DNA of 64,000 nucleotides from an uncultured Chloroflexia bacterium (GTDB lineage: Bacteria; Chloroflexota; Limnocylindria; Limnocylindrales; CSP1-4): assembly GCA_963748625.1 (NCBI GenBank), contig CAVVJT010000007.1:1-64000 (forward strand). The letters are read 5' to 3'. Made by a program: the position numbers and the translations under genes. Of this stretch, positions 11,875 to 22,587 are shown piece by piece. The notes under the pieces are model-generated. The model did not search any database. It saw only the letters and a program-made list of their open reading frames with translations, and was not told the DNA's origin. The stretch's first letter is position 1, and each line of letters opens with the position of its first letter.

Positions 11875-11986
11875 CAGCCGGAGCGCCTCCGGGCACCCCC
11901 GCCGGACCCCGCGTCCACGCTCACGTTGGGCCCCGGGAGCCTCGCGAAGCTGCCGATGGACCAGGCCGAGCCCTGAGGAGTCGAGA

Positions 11987-12099
11987 CGCCCCACGTGGGG
12001 GCCGAAACGGACATCGCCGAGCACGCGCTGCGTTCGAAACTCGAGGTTTGGCGCGCACGGCGTGCGTGAACCAGTCGGAAATGCCCCACACGTGGGGCG
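11987..12099. repeat. 113-bp REPIN/MITE-like element, copy 1
   Basis: Ends CGCCCCACGTGGGGG...CCCCACACGTGGGGCG. Confidence 0.85.
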
Positions 12100-12148
12100 G
12101 AGGCGCACGTGACGCAGAGGCGCACATGGCGCAGGCGGACCCGCCGAG

Positions 12149-12176
12149 TGCCATCACCAGTGATAGCATGATGGCA
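12149..12176 (+). promoter_or_regulatory. vapBC operator and leaderless promoter
   Basis: Inverted repeat TGCCATCA-N12-TGATGGCA overlapping -10 TAGCAT, which lies 6 nt before the ATG. Confidence 0.65.
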
Positions 12177-12400
12177 TGAACCGCACCACCATCACGCTCG
12201 AGGTCGAGACCCAGGTCCAGCTGCGGAGGATCGCGGCAGACCAGGGCATCTCCATGGCGGAGCTGATCCGCCGGGCCATCGATGCCACGATCGAGCAGCA
12301 CGCTCCGCGCCCGCGAAGCCTGGGGGTGGGCGCGTCAGGCATCGCGGACACGGCCCGGCGCACTGCGGACGAGCGGCCGGAGCCGCGCTCGTGGCGCTGA
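12176..12400 (+). CDS. vapB: Ribbon-helix-helix (CopG-like) antitoxin
   Basis: MNRTTITL..LRRIA..ISMAELIRRAID; overlaps the PIN gene. Confidence 0.85.
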   Translation: MNRTTITLEVETQVQLRRIAADQGISMAELIRRAIDATIEQHAPRPRSLGVGASGIADTARRTADERPEPRSWR

Positions 12401-12810
12401 TCCTGGACACCGGGCCGCTGTACGCATCGCTGGACCGCTCGGACCAGGACCACGCCGCATGCCGAGCGCTCATCGAGCGGTGCACAGAGCCGCTCCTGGT
12501 CCCGGCGCCGGTCCTGGTCGAAGTCGACTACTGGATCAGCCAGCGCCTCGGTCCGGGTTCGCTCGTGGCGCTGCTGGCGGACATCGAGGCCGGGGCGTAT
12601 CGCGTGGTGGACCTGGTGACCGCCGACTACACCCGCGTGCGGGAGCTGTGCGACAGGTACGCGGACGCGGACATCGGGTTCGTGGACGCGGCGGTGCTCG
12701 CGATCACGGAGCGCCTCGGCGAACGGAAGCTCGCGACGCTGGACCGTCGCCACTTCGGCCTGCTCCGCCCCCGGCATTGCGACGCCTTGGAACTGCTGCC
12801 CTCCACGTAG
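12391..12810 (+). CDS. vapC: PIN-domain toxin
   Basis: ILDTG..E..GFVDA..LATLDRRHF. Confidence 0.9.
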   Translation: MALILDTGPLYASLDRSDQDHAACRALIERCTEPLLVPAPVLVEVDYWISQRLGPGSLVALLADIEAGAYRVVDLVTADYTRVRELCDRYADADIGFVDAAVLAITERLGERKLATLDRRHFGLLRPRHCDALELLPST

Positions 12811-12899
12811 CGCTTGGGCCGGGGATGCGGGCCTGACGGGTCACCGCCAAGGGGCGGATGGCCCCCGGCGCCCCGCCCCGCGCCGCCGGTATGTCGAAA

Positions 12900-13012
12900 T
12901 GCCCCACGTGGGGGCCGAATCGGGACTAGCTGAGCACGCTCCGCGTTCGAAACCCGAGGTTTGTCGCGCACGGCGTGCGTGAACCAGTCGGAAACGCCCC
13001 ACACGTGGGGCG
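12900..13012. repeat. 113-bp element, copy 2
   Basis: Same termini and length; interior similar to copy 1. Confidence 0.85.
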
Positions 13013-13073
13013 AGGTGCACGATGGGGCATAGGTCCGCGAACCGGCGCAGGCGCAGGGGCGCGCAGCGTCCGG

Positions 13074-16000
13074 CTATACGACCTTCGGGTCCGGCACGAT
13101 CTCCACGTACGACGCCGTCAGCGCCTCGTGCTGCGCCGTGACCACGTCGCGCCCCGCCAGCGCGGCCAGCCGCCGGTCCCGGTCCTCCCCCACCGAGGCC
13201 ACGTTGCGCTCCGCGACCTCCAGGTTCTTGCGCCAGACCGGGATGATCCGCTGGACCTCCGGGTCCTCGGACGCGGAGAGCCGCTCGAACGTGGTCCGCA
13301 CCGCGGCCAGCTTCTCGGTCGCCGCCACCTCGCGGTAGGCGTAGAAGCGCTCCACCTTCTCGCGCTCCGCCGCGGCCCGCTCGCGGTTGGACACCTCCAG
13401 CTCCGCCTGGCGCTCGAACAGGCGCGTCACCACGGCCTCGTTCGCGAGGTCCACCGCCCCCTCGAGGCCGTCGAGCGAGGCCAGCGGCCCGGGCATGACC
13501 CAGTCCTCGCGCTTCATGCGGCCGGACGACTCCTGGAGCCAGACGGCCAGCTCGTCGTCCCGGCGCCCGTCGGCGTGGACGAAGACCGGCACGACCTCCT
13601 TGGAACCCACGACGCCCTGGAACTCCAGCTCGAACGTGAAGTACCAGCCGCGGGCCGGGGCGCGATCGAGAGTCCGGATCTCGCGCCGGCTGGCCCGGCC
13701 GCCGTAGTCGCGGGCGGTGCAGCGTGCAAGGAGCGCATCCACCACCTCGTGGCCGATGGCGAAGAACTCCAGCTCCTCGTGGTCGCGCGCGATGGCGGGA
13801 TCGAAGGTGCCGGTACGCGACCGCGCGTCTCTCACAAGATGCGGGAACTCGTTCTCGAAGCCGCCCTTGAGCTTGATGAAGTAGGCGTTGTCGATCTCGT
13901 AGTGCTTCTCCACGCTGGCGCCGAGCTCGGTCAGCGCGGTGAGCGTGAAGCGGCGCAGCAGGTCGCTGTTGACGGTGCCGCGGGCGCCCAGGAGGCGCTC
14001 CACCTCGTCCTTGCGGTAGGACTTGGTGTCCATGATCAGGTCGGCCAGCCGCTTCTCGACGGAGCGGGCCTCGCGGACGCGGGCCTCCAGCTGCTTGTCG
14101 AGCGCGCGGAGGGCCCGCTTGCCTTCGGCATCGGCCATGAGGAAGACCTTGCCGATGTCGTTCTCGACCTCGCCAAGGATGGGGTCGAGCCCGCCGATGG
14201 TCTCCTCGAAGACCCGGATCCGGTTGGTGAGGACGTCGAGGACGCGCTCCTCGATGGTGCCCAGCATCGAGAAGTTGAAGATCTTGACCGGGTGCTTCTG
14301 GCCGATGCGGTCAAGCCGGCCGATGCGCTGCTCGATCTTCATCGGGTTCCAGGGCAGGTCGTAGTTGACCAGGTTGTGGCAGAACTGGAAGTTGCGGCCC
14401 TCGCCGCCGGCCTCGGTGGAGATGAGGATCCGCGGGCCCTTGCCCTCGCGGAACGCGGTCACCGCGTCGTCCTTCTCCCGCGGGTCCAGCTGGCCGTGGA
14501 AGGTGTGGACGGTCCAGGGGCCGGGGATCTCCTGCGCCAGGTACTCCTGGGTGTCGCGGGACTGCGTGAAGATGAGGACCTTGGGGTTGGGACCGTCGGT
14601 CTCGAAGGCGGCGAGGCGCTTGATGAGGACCTGGGCCTTGGTGTCGAGGCCGATCTTGTCGATCAGCTCCACGATCGCGCGCAGGTCGCGCACCTCGGCC
14701 TTGGAATCCTCGATCGCGCGCAGGGCCAGCCAGTCATCGAGGGCGTCCTCGGCCGGCTCCTCGTCCAAGTCGATCTCGTCGGGATCGAGGGTGCCCGTGG
14801 GCGCCGGCATGCCGGATTCGAGCTTCTCGATGCGCCGCAGCAGGGACTCCCGGAGCGCGAAGGAGCTGCTGGAGCTGAGCTTCTGGAAGACGGCCATGAG
14901 GAAGCCGAGGGCGTTGTTGCGGGTGGCTCTCGAGCGCGCGTAGCCGGTGCGGACATACTCGGTGATGGCCGCGTAGGCCGCCCACTCCTGGTCGCTCATC
15001 TCCACGGGCCACACGGTGGCGACGCGGGGCATGAAGCCCCCGACCGTGGCCTTGCGGTTGCGGATGAGGATCTCGCTCAGGCGGTGCTTGGCGAGGAGCT
15101 CGTCGCGGACCTGGTCGCGGCCCTCTCCCGACGCGAGGCGGGCGGCGGCGGTGGGGCGGTCCGCGTCCAGCCAGGTGCCCACCGAGTCGATGGTGGCCAG
15201 CTGCTCCTGTGTCGCGAGCGTCTCCCAGCGGCGCACAAGGTCGACGGTCTGGTTGAGGCCGGCCAGCTGGGATCGATGGTCCTCGAAGTCCCGCTCGTCG
15301 GCGAAGAGGGTGGGGTCCAGGAGCTCGATCAGGGAGTACAGCTCGAAGGGGTCCAGCTGCATGGGGGTGGCGGTGAGCATCAGGAAGCCCAGCGAGCGGC
15401 CCTGGTCGGGGTCGGCGAGGGATTCGGCGAGGCGGTACAGCTTGGTGGAGCGGTACCTGCCCTCACCCTCGCGGGTCCGTCGGGCGTGGTGCGCCTCGTC
15501 GATGATCACGAGATCCCAGCCGGCGAGCGCGATGTCGGCCTGGCGCTTCTCGTCCCAGGCGGCGTAGGTGGTCGACGCGATGACGTTGTCGCGCAGGGTC
15601 CAGACGTTGTCGCCGGGATGCTCGGCGGCCAGGAACGCGGTGGAGGCGCGGTTGAAGTGCGAGAAGACCTCGTTGAACTTGGTGCGCAGCTCGTACTGCC
15701 ACTGGCTGACGATCCCTGGCGGCGCCAGGATGAGCACCCGGCTGGCGACGCCGCGGGCCTTGAGCTCCTTGATGATGAGGCCTGCCTCGACGGTCTTGCC
15801 CAGGCCCACCTCGTCCGCGAGGATGAAGCGGTGGGGGTACGACGTGGCCGCGCGGTGGACCACGCTGACCTGGTGCTCCTTGATCTCCACGCGGGAGTTC
15901 GACAGCGACGAGAGGCCGTCGAACTGGTGGGCGAGCAGCAGGCGGGTGGCCGCGACGCGCAGGTTGGTGGAGCGGGCAAGGCCGAGGTCGCCGCGACCGC

Positions 16001-16350
16001 AGGAGCGAGACGGGGTCCGTCACGAGGGCCGGCCGGAGCCCGGTCTCGGCGACCGCCTTGAGGGCGCCGCCCGCGAGCGCCACCTGGTAGACCACGACGC
16101 CGGCGTTGATGCTCAGCGCGGTCACGACGCCCACCTGGCGGTCCGCGGTCGATTCGACCTGGCTGCCGGCGTGGAAGACGACGCGCTCCAGCGCGGATGA
16201 CGGCCACGCGAACACGAGCGTCTCGCCCGAGTCGAAGTGGACCCGCGCCTGGCGGCCATCCTCGAGCGCCTCGATGACGACGCCGATGTTGCCCGCCTGG
16301 CCGTTCCGCCAGCGGACGAGGTTCCCGCGATGGATCGGCGGGACCGCCAC
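13074..16350 (-). CDS. SNF2-family (RapA/DrmD-like) helicase, frameshift near 15990
   Basis: LADEVGLGKT, DEAHH, LTATP, STEAGGEGRN, NYDLPWNP..EQRIGRLDRIGQ; N-terminal part in ORF 15463-16350. Confidence 0.9.
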
Positions 16351-16365
16351 TACGACAGGCTCCGG

Positions 16366-16415
16366 TTGGTCACGAGCAATCCCCCTTGGTCACGAGCGCC
16401 CCCTTGGTCACGAGC
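16366..16415. repeat. Three direct repeats TTGGTCACGAGC upstream of the SNF2 gene
   Basis: Copies at 16366, 16386 and 16404. Confidence 0.8.
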
Positions 16416-16461
16416 GCTCCGATCTCGATGCCGTCAGCTCCCAGGATGCCGAGTAGCCGCA

Positions 16462-16495
16462 ATGATGGCGGGTCCGGTGCCAGGTTGCGTGGCGC
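16462..16495 (-). promoter_or_regulatory. Shared 34-bp promoter motif, copy 4
   Basis: Sense strand GCGCCA-CGCAACC-TGGCAC-N9-CATCAT. Confidence 0.6.
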
Positions 16496-16615
16496 AGCGG
16501 TGAGGCTCCCCGCACCTCTGGCCCGACAAGGTCAGCCCGACAAGGTCAGAGGGATCGCACGCGCTCGCGTACGCGTGAACGTGTGCCCCCGCGCCCGGGA
16601 TCGCGGGCAGCGAAG

Positions 16616-16649
16616 CTGCCACCCCCTTGACACGGTGCCCCTTAACAGT
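16616..16649 (+). promoter_or_regulatory. Shared 34-bp promoter motif, copy 5
   Basis: CTGCCA-CCCCCT-TGACAC-N10-AACAGT. Confidence 0.55.
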
Positions 16650-16715
16650 AAGAGCACATCGCGGTGAGACCTCGGGCGGACGCCCGGTGAAGCCGCGAGA
16701 CCATGGAGGAACAGC

Positions 16716-17408
16716 ATGGCCCACGACCGACGCAACCACCTCAGCCACGCCGACGCCCTCCGTGCGCTCTACATCGACTTCGAGGGCAACAAGGACGCGC
16801 CGCCCGTCCTGCTGGGCGTCCACCGGGTGGGTCGCGGCCTCCAGCCCCACGTGCAGCAGGACACGACGGACCCGCTGTTCGCAGGCCTGGTCCCGCGGTA
16901 CCTGCCGCTGCTCGACGCGGTCCGCAACGTCGTGGTCCGCGCGGAGGCGAACAACCGGCTGATTGTCGCCTGGACGCTGCACGAGCTCGAGGTGGTACGG
17001 CGTGACTGTGCCGCCGACGCGGACCTGGTCGCCCGGTTCGAGGCTCGGTACGTGAACGCCTACGCGGTCGCCAAGCGGTGGCGGAACCGCGTGCACGGCG
17101 GCGACAAGCCCGACGAGGGCACGCTCTACGCGTGGCTCGAGCTGATCGGGTGGCCGGTGTCCGAAGAGGCCGAGGCCGGACACGTGGGCGACACGCTCCG
17201 GTCGCTCCGCAGGACGCTCGAGGGCGGTCGGACGCTCAGCACTTCGCAGCTGGGCGCCTGGGATCGGCTCGTGGCCCACAACCACCTCGACTGCGTGGGC
17301 ATGCGCAGGCTGTGCCTCATGGCGTCAGCCGAGCTCGAGGACAGCGAGTCCGTGCCGGCCGCGGATCGTCGGTTCGCCCCACGTGGGGGCCGAATCGGGC
17401 ACAGCTGA
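16716..17408 (+). CDS. RNase H-like / DEDD 3'-5' exonuclease-fold protein
   Basis: LYIDFEG (ExoI-like) and HNHLDC (ExoIII-like); GGAGG RBS. Confidence 0.6.
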   Translation: MAHDRRNHLSHADALRALYIDFEGNKDAPPVLLGVHRVGRGLQPHVQQDTTDPLFAGLVPRYLPLLDAVRNVVVRAEANNRLIVAWTLHELEVVRRDCAADADLVARFEARYVNAYAVAKRWRNRVHGGDKPDEGTLYAWLELIGWPVSEEAEAGHVGDTLRSLRRTLEGGRTLSTSQLGAWDRLVAHNHLDCVGMRRLCLMASAELEDSESVPAADRRFAPRGGRIGHS

Positions 17409-17487
17409 GCACGCGCTGCGTCCCAAAGTCGGGGTTTGTCGCGCACGGCGTGCACGGACTCACCGGAAATGCCCCACACGTGGGGCG
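17375..17487. repeat. 113-bp element, copy 3 (supplies the stop codon of the upstream gene)
   Basis: Same termini and length. Confidence 0.85.
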
Positions 17488-17547
17488 GAGGCGCACGAGA
17501 GGCGGAGGCGCACGAGAGGCGGAGGCGCACGAGAGGCGGAGGCGCAC
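17484..17547. repeat. 17-bp tandem repeat GGCGGAGGCGCACGAGA, about 3.7 copies
   Basis: Directly visible. Confidence 0.85.
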
Positions 17548-17659
17548 TCGGGGCGGCTCCCGGCTCGACCTCTCGGACGGACCGGGCCGAGCGGCTCCCC
17601 GTCAACGGGCCTGGTTGGCCCTGACCGGTGGCGAGCATGCCCGGGCATGGTTCGCCGCA

Positions 17660-18772
17660 GTGCCCACCACTGCCATCAACGGCCCCGCCGCCCAAGGCCG
17701 GCCGACCCCGGGCAACCGTGTCGCCCGTGCCGCCCTTATCGCCCTCCTGGTGATGCTGAGCGCTGCGCTCGTGGCACCCGCGCTCCTGCACGCGACCGAT
17801 GCGCCCAAGGTGGTCGTGGTGGTGGGACCCGTCGGCGGTCTCAACAGGTACTACAAGGACGAGGCCCGGAGCCTGATCGAGGAGGCGCGGCGGCACACCC
17901 CCAACGTCGTCGTCCTGTTCACGCCCAAGGCGACATGGAAACGGGTCCGGGCGGCGGCGCAGGGTGCGTCGGTGTTCGTGTACTTCGGGCATGGCTGGGG
18001 CTATCCGTCGCGCTACACGCCCTTCGACCCCGAGCGGCAGAACGGGGTGGCGCTCGATCCGGCCCGGGGCGCCAACGGCACTCGCCGCGTGTACTTCGGG
18101 GAGGATCGGATCCGGGCATCGATCCGGCTCGCGCCCGGGGCCGCCGTGCTGCTCTACCGGCTGTGCTACGCCTCGGGGAACACGGAGCCCGGGCTCGCGG
18201 AGGGGACGCTCGCCCAGTCGAAGCGCCGTGTGGACGGGTTCGGGGCGGGGTTCCTCGCGGCGGGCGCCGGCATCGTGATCGCCGATGGGCACCCGTCGTC
18301 CACCCGCAACTACGTCCGCCAGCTGTTCCAGTCCAGCCGGACGATGCTCGAGGTGTTCCGCGCGGCGCCCAACCACCACCGCCACGAGCTGGGGCCGTAC
18401 GTGTCCGCCCGGACGCCCGATGCGCTGTACGTGCTGGACCCGGACCGTGGCGGCAGGGATCCGCGTGGGTTCTACCGTTCGATCGTGGGCGACCTGGAGC
18501 TGCGGACTGAGACGGTGACCGGCCGTCCGGTGCCGACGCCGTCGCCGTCCGACGAGCCGACGCCGTCGCCATCCGACGGGCCGACGCCGTCCGACGAGCC
18601 GACGCCGTCGCCCGAACCCACGGTCGATCCAACAGCCGGGCCGACGCCGTCGCCATCCGACGAACCGACGCCGTCGCCCGAACCCACGATCGAGCCGACG
18701 TCGGAGCCGACTGCCGAGCCGACGCCACCGGTGGCGCCATCTCCCGAGCCGACAGCCCCGACGGCGCCCTAG
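17660..18772 (+). CDS. Secreted protein with Pro/Thr/Ser-rich tail (start uncertain)
   Basis: Hydrophobic signal segment; VYFGHG and LCYASG motifs; PTPSPSDE repeats. Confidence 0.7.
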   Translation: MPTTAINGPAAQGRPTPGNRVARAALIALLVMLSAALVAPALLHATDAPKVVVVVGPVGGLNRYYKDEARSLIEEARRHTPNVVVLFTPKATWKRVRAAAQGASVFVYFGHGWGYPSRYTPFDPERQNGVALDPARGANGTRRVYFGEDRIRASIRLAPGAAVLLYRLCYASGNTEPGLAEGTLAQSKRRVDGFGAGFLAAGAGIVIADGHPSSTRNYVRQLFQSSRTMLEVFRAAPNHHRHELGPYVSARTPDALYVLDPDRGGRDPRGFYRSIVGDLELRTETVTGRPVPTPSPSDEPTPSPSDGPTPSDEPTPSPEPTVDPTAGPTPSPSDEPTPSPEPTIEPTSEPTAEPTPPVAPSPEPTAPTAP

Positions 18773-18881
18773 CGCCAGCTTGCCGCGCCGCCCCCGCCGT
18801 GGCGGTCGCCGACGTCTGCGTGTGCCAGGCGGGCGGCAGGGGCGGGCGACATGCGGCCGGCGACAGCACCGGCACGCCGGC

Positions 18882-19560
18882 CTACGGGACGATCGTCACC
18901 GTCATCGGCTCGGTGGAACAGCGCGCGAGCAGGTCTCCGAAGTGCCGTCCGCTCGGCGGTGTTGACCTTCAGGCGCCAGCGCACCTTCACCGCCACCCAC
19001 TGCCGTGCATAGGTGCACCGGAAGCCCGCCTTCGTCGGAAGCCAGTCAGCCGGATCCTGGTCGCTCTTGCTCCTGTTCGACCCCGCCGTGACCGCCCGCA
19101 GGCTGCGCTTGTCGCCGAGGTCATTCGCGAACGCCCGGCGGCGCGCCTTCGTCCAGTTCCAGGCACCTGAGTCCCACGCCTCCTTGAGCGCCACGACATG
19201 GTCGATGTCGAAGGTGCCCGGGTCCCGCGTGTACCGCCCGTCGTACGCGGAGTACCACCGGCCGCCGTAGATGGCGCACCCTCGCCCGACGCGGACGGCG
19301 ACCAGGGACTCCTTGATGAGCACCTCGTCGCGCGTGTCGCAGCCATCGCCGTCCGCATCCGTCCAGTGGATGAACTTGGCCCGGTCGTACCCGCGCGGAT
19401 GCTCCGACGCGGTGGCCAGGCGGCCCAGTAGTTGCAGGGGCGACCCGGAGACCCGGGTGGCGGCGTCGGCAGACGCGGGCGGGCCAGCCAGCCCGATGAC
19501 AAGCACGAGCGCCAGGGCGGTGACGAGTGGGCGGACGAGGCGGTCGAAGGCGGCGGTCAA
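18882..19560 (-). CDS. Secreted HNH endonuclease (DUF1524-like), frameshift near C-terminus
   Basis: Signal peptide; GCDTRDEVL, DIDHVVALKEAWDSGA, FANDL, NRSKSD; C-terminus DLLARC..VP* in another frame. Confidence 0.85.
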
Positions 19561-19624
19561 GGGCGGGCGGCTCCTGCAGGCGAGACGCCGGCGGCGGTCG
19601 GGGTCGTCAGCGGGTCGCACACGA

Positions 19625-19658
19625 ATTGGATCGCGAGACAGTGACAACTGTATGGCAC
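19625..19658 (-). promoter_or_regulatory. Shared 34-bp promoter motif, copy 6
   Basis: Sense strand GTGCCA-TACAGT-TGTCAC-N10-TCCAAT. Confidence 0.55.
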
Positions 19659-19728
19659 GGACCGTTCGCTGCCGCTGGGCGGGCCCTGCGTGCAGCCCTG
19701 CCTGCCGCCGGGCGGGCCTGCCGCTGGG

Positions 19729-19856
19729 CGGGCCCTGTGTGCAGGATCCCGCACGTTCGGCCCGCCTGGCGGTTGGAATGGGCCTCGCCGGGGCCGAATC
19801 ACGCCAGATCTGCCGCCCAGCGGCACACCTGCGCGGAACTCCCCACACAAGGCCCG
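19729..19856. repeat. 128-bp MITE-like element, copy A
   Basis: 13-bp imperfect terminal IR CGGGCCCTGTGTG/CACACAAGGCCCG; near-identical copies at 23353 and 30115. Confidence 0.9.
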
Positions 19857-20108
19857 CTGGGCGGCAGGGCTGGGCGGCCGGGGGTGGCCGGGGGTGGCCC
19901 GCTGGGCGGCAGGGCCGGGCCGGAGGCAGCAGGGCCGGGGGGCCGAGGCAGGGCCGGGCCGGGCCGAGGCAGGACACGAACGGCCGGGCCGGGGGTGGCC
20001 CGCTGGGCGGCAGGGCCGGGCCAGCCAACCCGCCCCTTGCCCGGGTTATGCCGCAGCCGTGCGCAACACGTCACAATGTCGGCCCATACCCCAGGTACCC
20101 GAACACCC

Positions 20109-22532
20109 ATGACCAATCAGCCGCCCGTGCCGTCTGCGCCGCCTCCTGAAGACCTCGCGTCCGCGGATCGGCGTGCCCCCGACCCGGGCGGAACGCCGGA
20201 GCGGGACCCGGGCGGAACGCAGGAGCGCGACCTGCTCGACGCCCTCGAGGCGATCGGTGATCCGGTCCTCGTGGCCACCGCCGTGCGCGACGCCACCGGC
20301 GCCCTGGTGGACGTGCGGATCCAGCACGCGAGCCGTCCGTGGAGGCGCGCGGCAGCGATCAGCATGGGCTACGCCGGCGACGACCTTCCCGACCCCACTG
20401 GAAGGAGCCTCTACGAGGTCTACCCGTCGGCCGAGGAACGCCGGGACCTGCATGCCCGGGTCATCGAGGAGGGGTACGCCGGGGAGGCTGTGATCCGTGT
20501 GGGCGACCGGTGGGAGGAGCTCCGCTTCTCACCCCACCGCGACGGCTTCGTCATGGTGGCTCGCGACATCACGGACCGGCTGCAGACCGAGGCCGCGTTC
20601 GCCGAGGCCAACGACCGGCTCGAGCGAGCGCAGCGGGCGGCGGACGTGGGCCTCTGGGACTGGACGATGGCCGACAACCGGCTGGCCTGGACGCCCGAGC
20701 TGTTCGAGCTCTTCGGGCTGGACCCGAGCCGCGATGTGGCCACGTTCGACACGTGGACCAGCGTGGTGCACCCGGACGACGCCTCGATCGCCGGCAACCG
20801 GATCGCCGCGGCCGTCGCGACCGGCACCCAGCTCGACAGCACCTACCGGATCGTCCGGCCCGGCGGCGAGGAACGCTGGATCCAGGCGATCGGCGACACC
20901 ACTTACGACGACGAGGGCCGGCCCCTGCGGATGGCCGGCATCTGCCTGGACGTGACGGATCGCAAGCGCGCGGAGCTTGCCCTCGAAGCCACCGCCAGCC
21001 TGCTGGTCGAGTCCCAGCGGGCGGCCGGGGTTGGCTCGTACCTCGCGGACTTCCCCGCCGACCGGTGGGTGTCGTCGAAGGTGCTCGACGAGATCTTCGG
21101 CATCGACGAGTCGTACGACCGCACCGTCCCCGGCTGGCTGGCGCTGATCCACCCCGACGACCAGGCCGTGTCCGCGCGGTACGTGGAGGAAGAGGTGATC
21201 GGCGGGGGCAAGCCGTTCGACCTCGAGTACCGGATCGTGCGCCCGGCCGATGGCGCCGTCCGCTGGGTCCACGGCCTGGGCGAGGTCGTCCTTGCGCCCG
21301 ACGGCACGGCGCTGACGCTCACCGGCACCATCCAGGACGTCACCGACCGGCGCCTGGCAACTGCCGAACGCGAGCGCCTCGCGGCACAGCTGCACGACGC
21401 GCAGCGGATGGAGGCGATCGGGCGCCTGGCAGGCGGCATCGCGCACGACTTCAACAACATGCTGGGCGCGATCCTGGGTTACACCGAGCTTGCCCTCGAC
21501 CAGACGGAGCCCGGTGGCGAGCTGCACGGCGAGCTGCTGGAGATCCACCAGGCGGCGGCGCGATCCGCGGACCTGACGCGCCAGCTGCTCGCCTACGCAC
21601 GCCGGGACACGACCGCACCACGCGTTGTGGACCTCAACACCACGGTTGCCGCCGATCTCAAGATGCTGCGCCGGCTGATGGGCGAGGACGTCGTCGTGGA
21701 GTGGCGGCCCGACCCGGCGGCGGGCAGCGTGCGCCTGGATCCGGCGCAGCTGGACCGGATCCTCGCGAACCTGTGTGTCAATGCGCGCGACGCCATCGAC
21801 CGCGAGGGGCGGATCGTCATTGCGACCGGCCACGAGGTCCTGGCCGAGGACGGATGCGGCGGACGGTCAGGCTGCGAACCCGGTGCGTACGCGACACTGG
21901 CGGTGACCGACACCGGCCACGGCATGACGCCCGAGGTGCTGGCCAGCGCCTTCGAGCCGTTCTTCACCACCAAGCACCTGGGCCAGGGCACCGGTCTCGG
22001 GCTGGCGACGGTCCACGGCATCGTGACGGGCGCGGGCGGATTCATCGATGTGGCCAGCCGACCGGGTTCGGGCAGCACATTCACCATTCACCTGCCGGCC
22101 CAGGCAGCCGAGCGGCCAGTGCCCGAGGCACCAGCCCCCGCCGAGCGCGCGCCTGGTGGCGCCACGATCCTGCTGGTGGAGGACGAGCCGTCACTCCTCA
22201 CCCTCACCGCGCGGCTCCTCCGCCGCCTGGGCTTCACCGTGGTGGCCGCCCCATCCCCGGCCGAGGCGGTGGAGCTGCTCGACCGCGACGAGGCAGGGTT
22301 CGACCTGCTCCTGACCGACGTCGTGATGCCAGCCATGAGCGGTCCGGAGCTGGCGGCCCGGGTGCGCGAACGGGTGCCGGACATCCGTTGCGTGTTCATG
22401 TCGGGCTATCCGGCCGACAGCATCTCCCGTTCCGGCGGGTTGCCGGCCGGCAGCGTGTTCATCGCGAAGCCGTTCACGGTGACGGCGCTGGCCGATGCGA
22501 TCCGGGAAGCGCTCGAGACGAGCGAGGGCTGA
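20109..22532 (+). CDS. PAS-domain hybrid sensor histidine kinase (CckA-like)
   Basis: PAS/PAC repeats, GGIAHDFNN, NARDA, PFFTTK..GTGLGL, receiver LLTDVVMP. Confidence 0.93.
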   Translation: MTNQPPVPSAPPPEDLASADRRAPDPGGTPERDPGGTQERDLLDALEAIGDPVLVATAVRDATGALVDVRIQHASRPWRRAAAISMGYAGDDLPDPTGRSLYEVYPSAEERRDLHARVIEEGYAGEAVIRVGDRWEELRFSPHRDGFVMVARDITDRLQTEAAFAEANDRLERAQRAADVGLWDWTMADNRLAWTPELFELFGLDPSRDVATFDTWTSVVHPDDASIAGNRIAAAVATGTQLDSTYRIVRPGGEERWIQAIGDTTYDDEGRPLRMAGICLDVTDRKRAELALEATASLLVESQRAAGVGSYLADFPADRWVSSKVLDEIFGIDESYDRTVPGWLALIHPDDQAVSARYVEEEVIGGGKPFDLEYRIVRPADGAVRWVHGLGEVVLAPDGTALTLTGTIQDVTDRRLATAERERLAAQLHDAQRMEAIGRLAGGIAHDFNNMLGAILGYTELALDQTEPGGELHGELLEIHQAAARSADLTRQLLAYARRDTTAPRVVDLNTTVAADLKMLRRLMGEDVVVEWRPDPAAGSVRLDPAQLDRILANLCVNARDAIDREGRIVIATGHEVLAEDGCGGRSGCEPGAYATLAVTDTGHGMTPEVLASAFEPFFTTKHLGQGTGLGLATVHGIVTGAGGFIDVASRPGSGSTFTIHLPAQAAERPVPEAPAPAERAPGGATILLVEDEPSLLTLTARLLRRLGFTVVAAPSPAEAVELLDRDEAGFDLLLTDVVMPAMSGPELAARVRERVPDIRCVFMSGYPADSISRSGGLPAGSVFIAKPFTVTALADAIREALETSEG

Positions 22533-22587
22533 ACGGGGCGCGGTGCCGGGGGCGCGGTGCCGGGGGCGCGGTGCCGGGGGCGCGGCG

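Noticed and set aside
11987-13012. 113-bp elements as integron attC sites
   Set aside because: They lack RYYYAAC/GTTRRRY ends, the flanking genes are not co-oriented, and no integrase is present.
12975-16061. Long antisense and alternate-frame ORFs (for example 12975-16061, 20339-22672, 37204-39732, 35137-37449)
   Set aside because: These are shadow ORFs caused by high GC, overlapping well-supported genes, with Arg/Pro/Gly-rich translations and no recognisable motifs.
13074-16350. SNF2 gene as part of a complete DISARM or BREX system
   Set aside because: No drmA/B/C, methyltransferase or pglZ genes are nearby.
11987-17547. 113-bp elements, 17-bp repeats and 16366-16415 repeats as a CRISPR array
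   Set aside because: There is no regular repeat-spacer periodicity and no cas gene.
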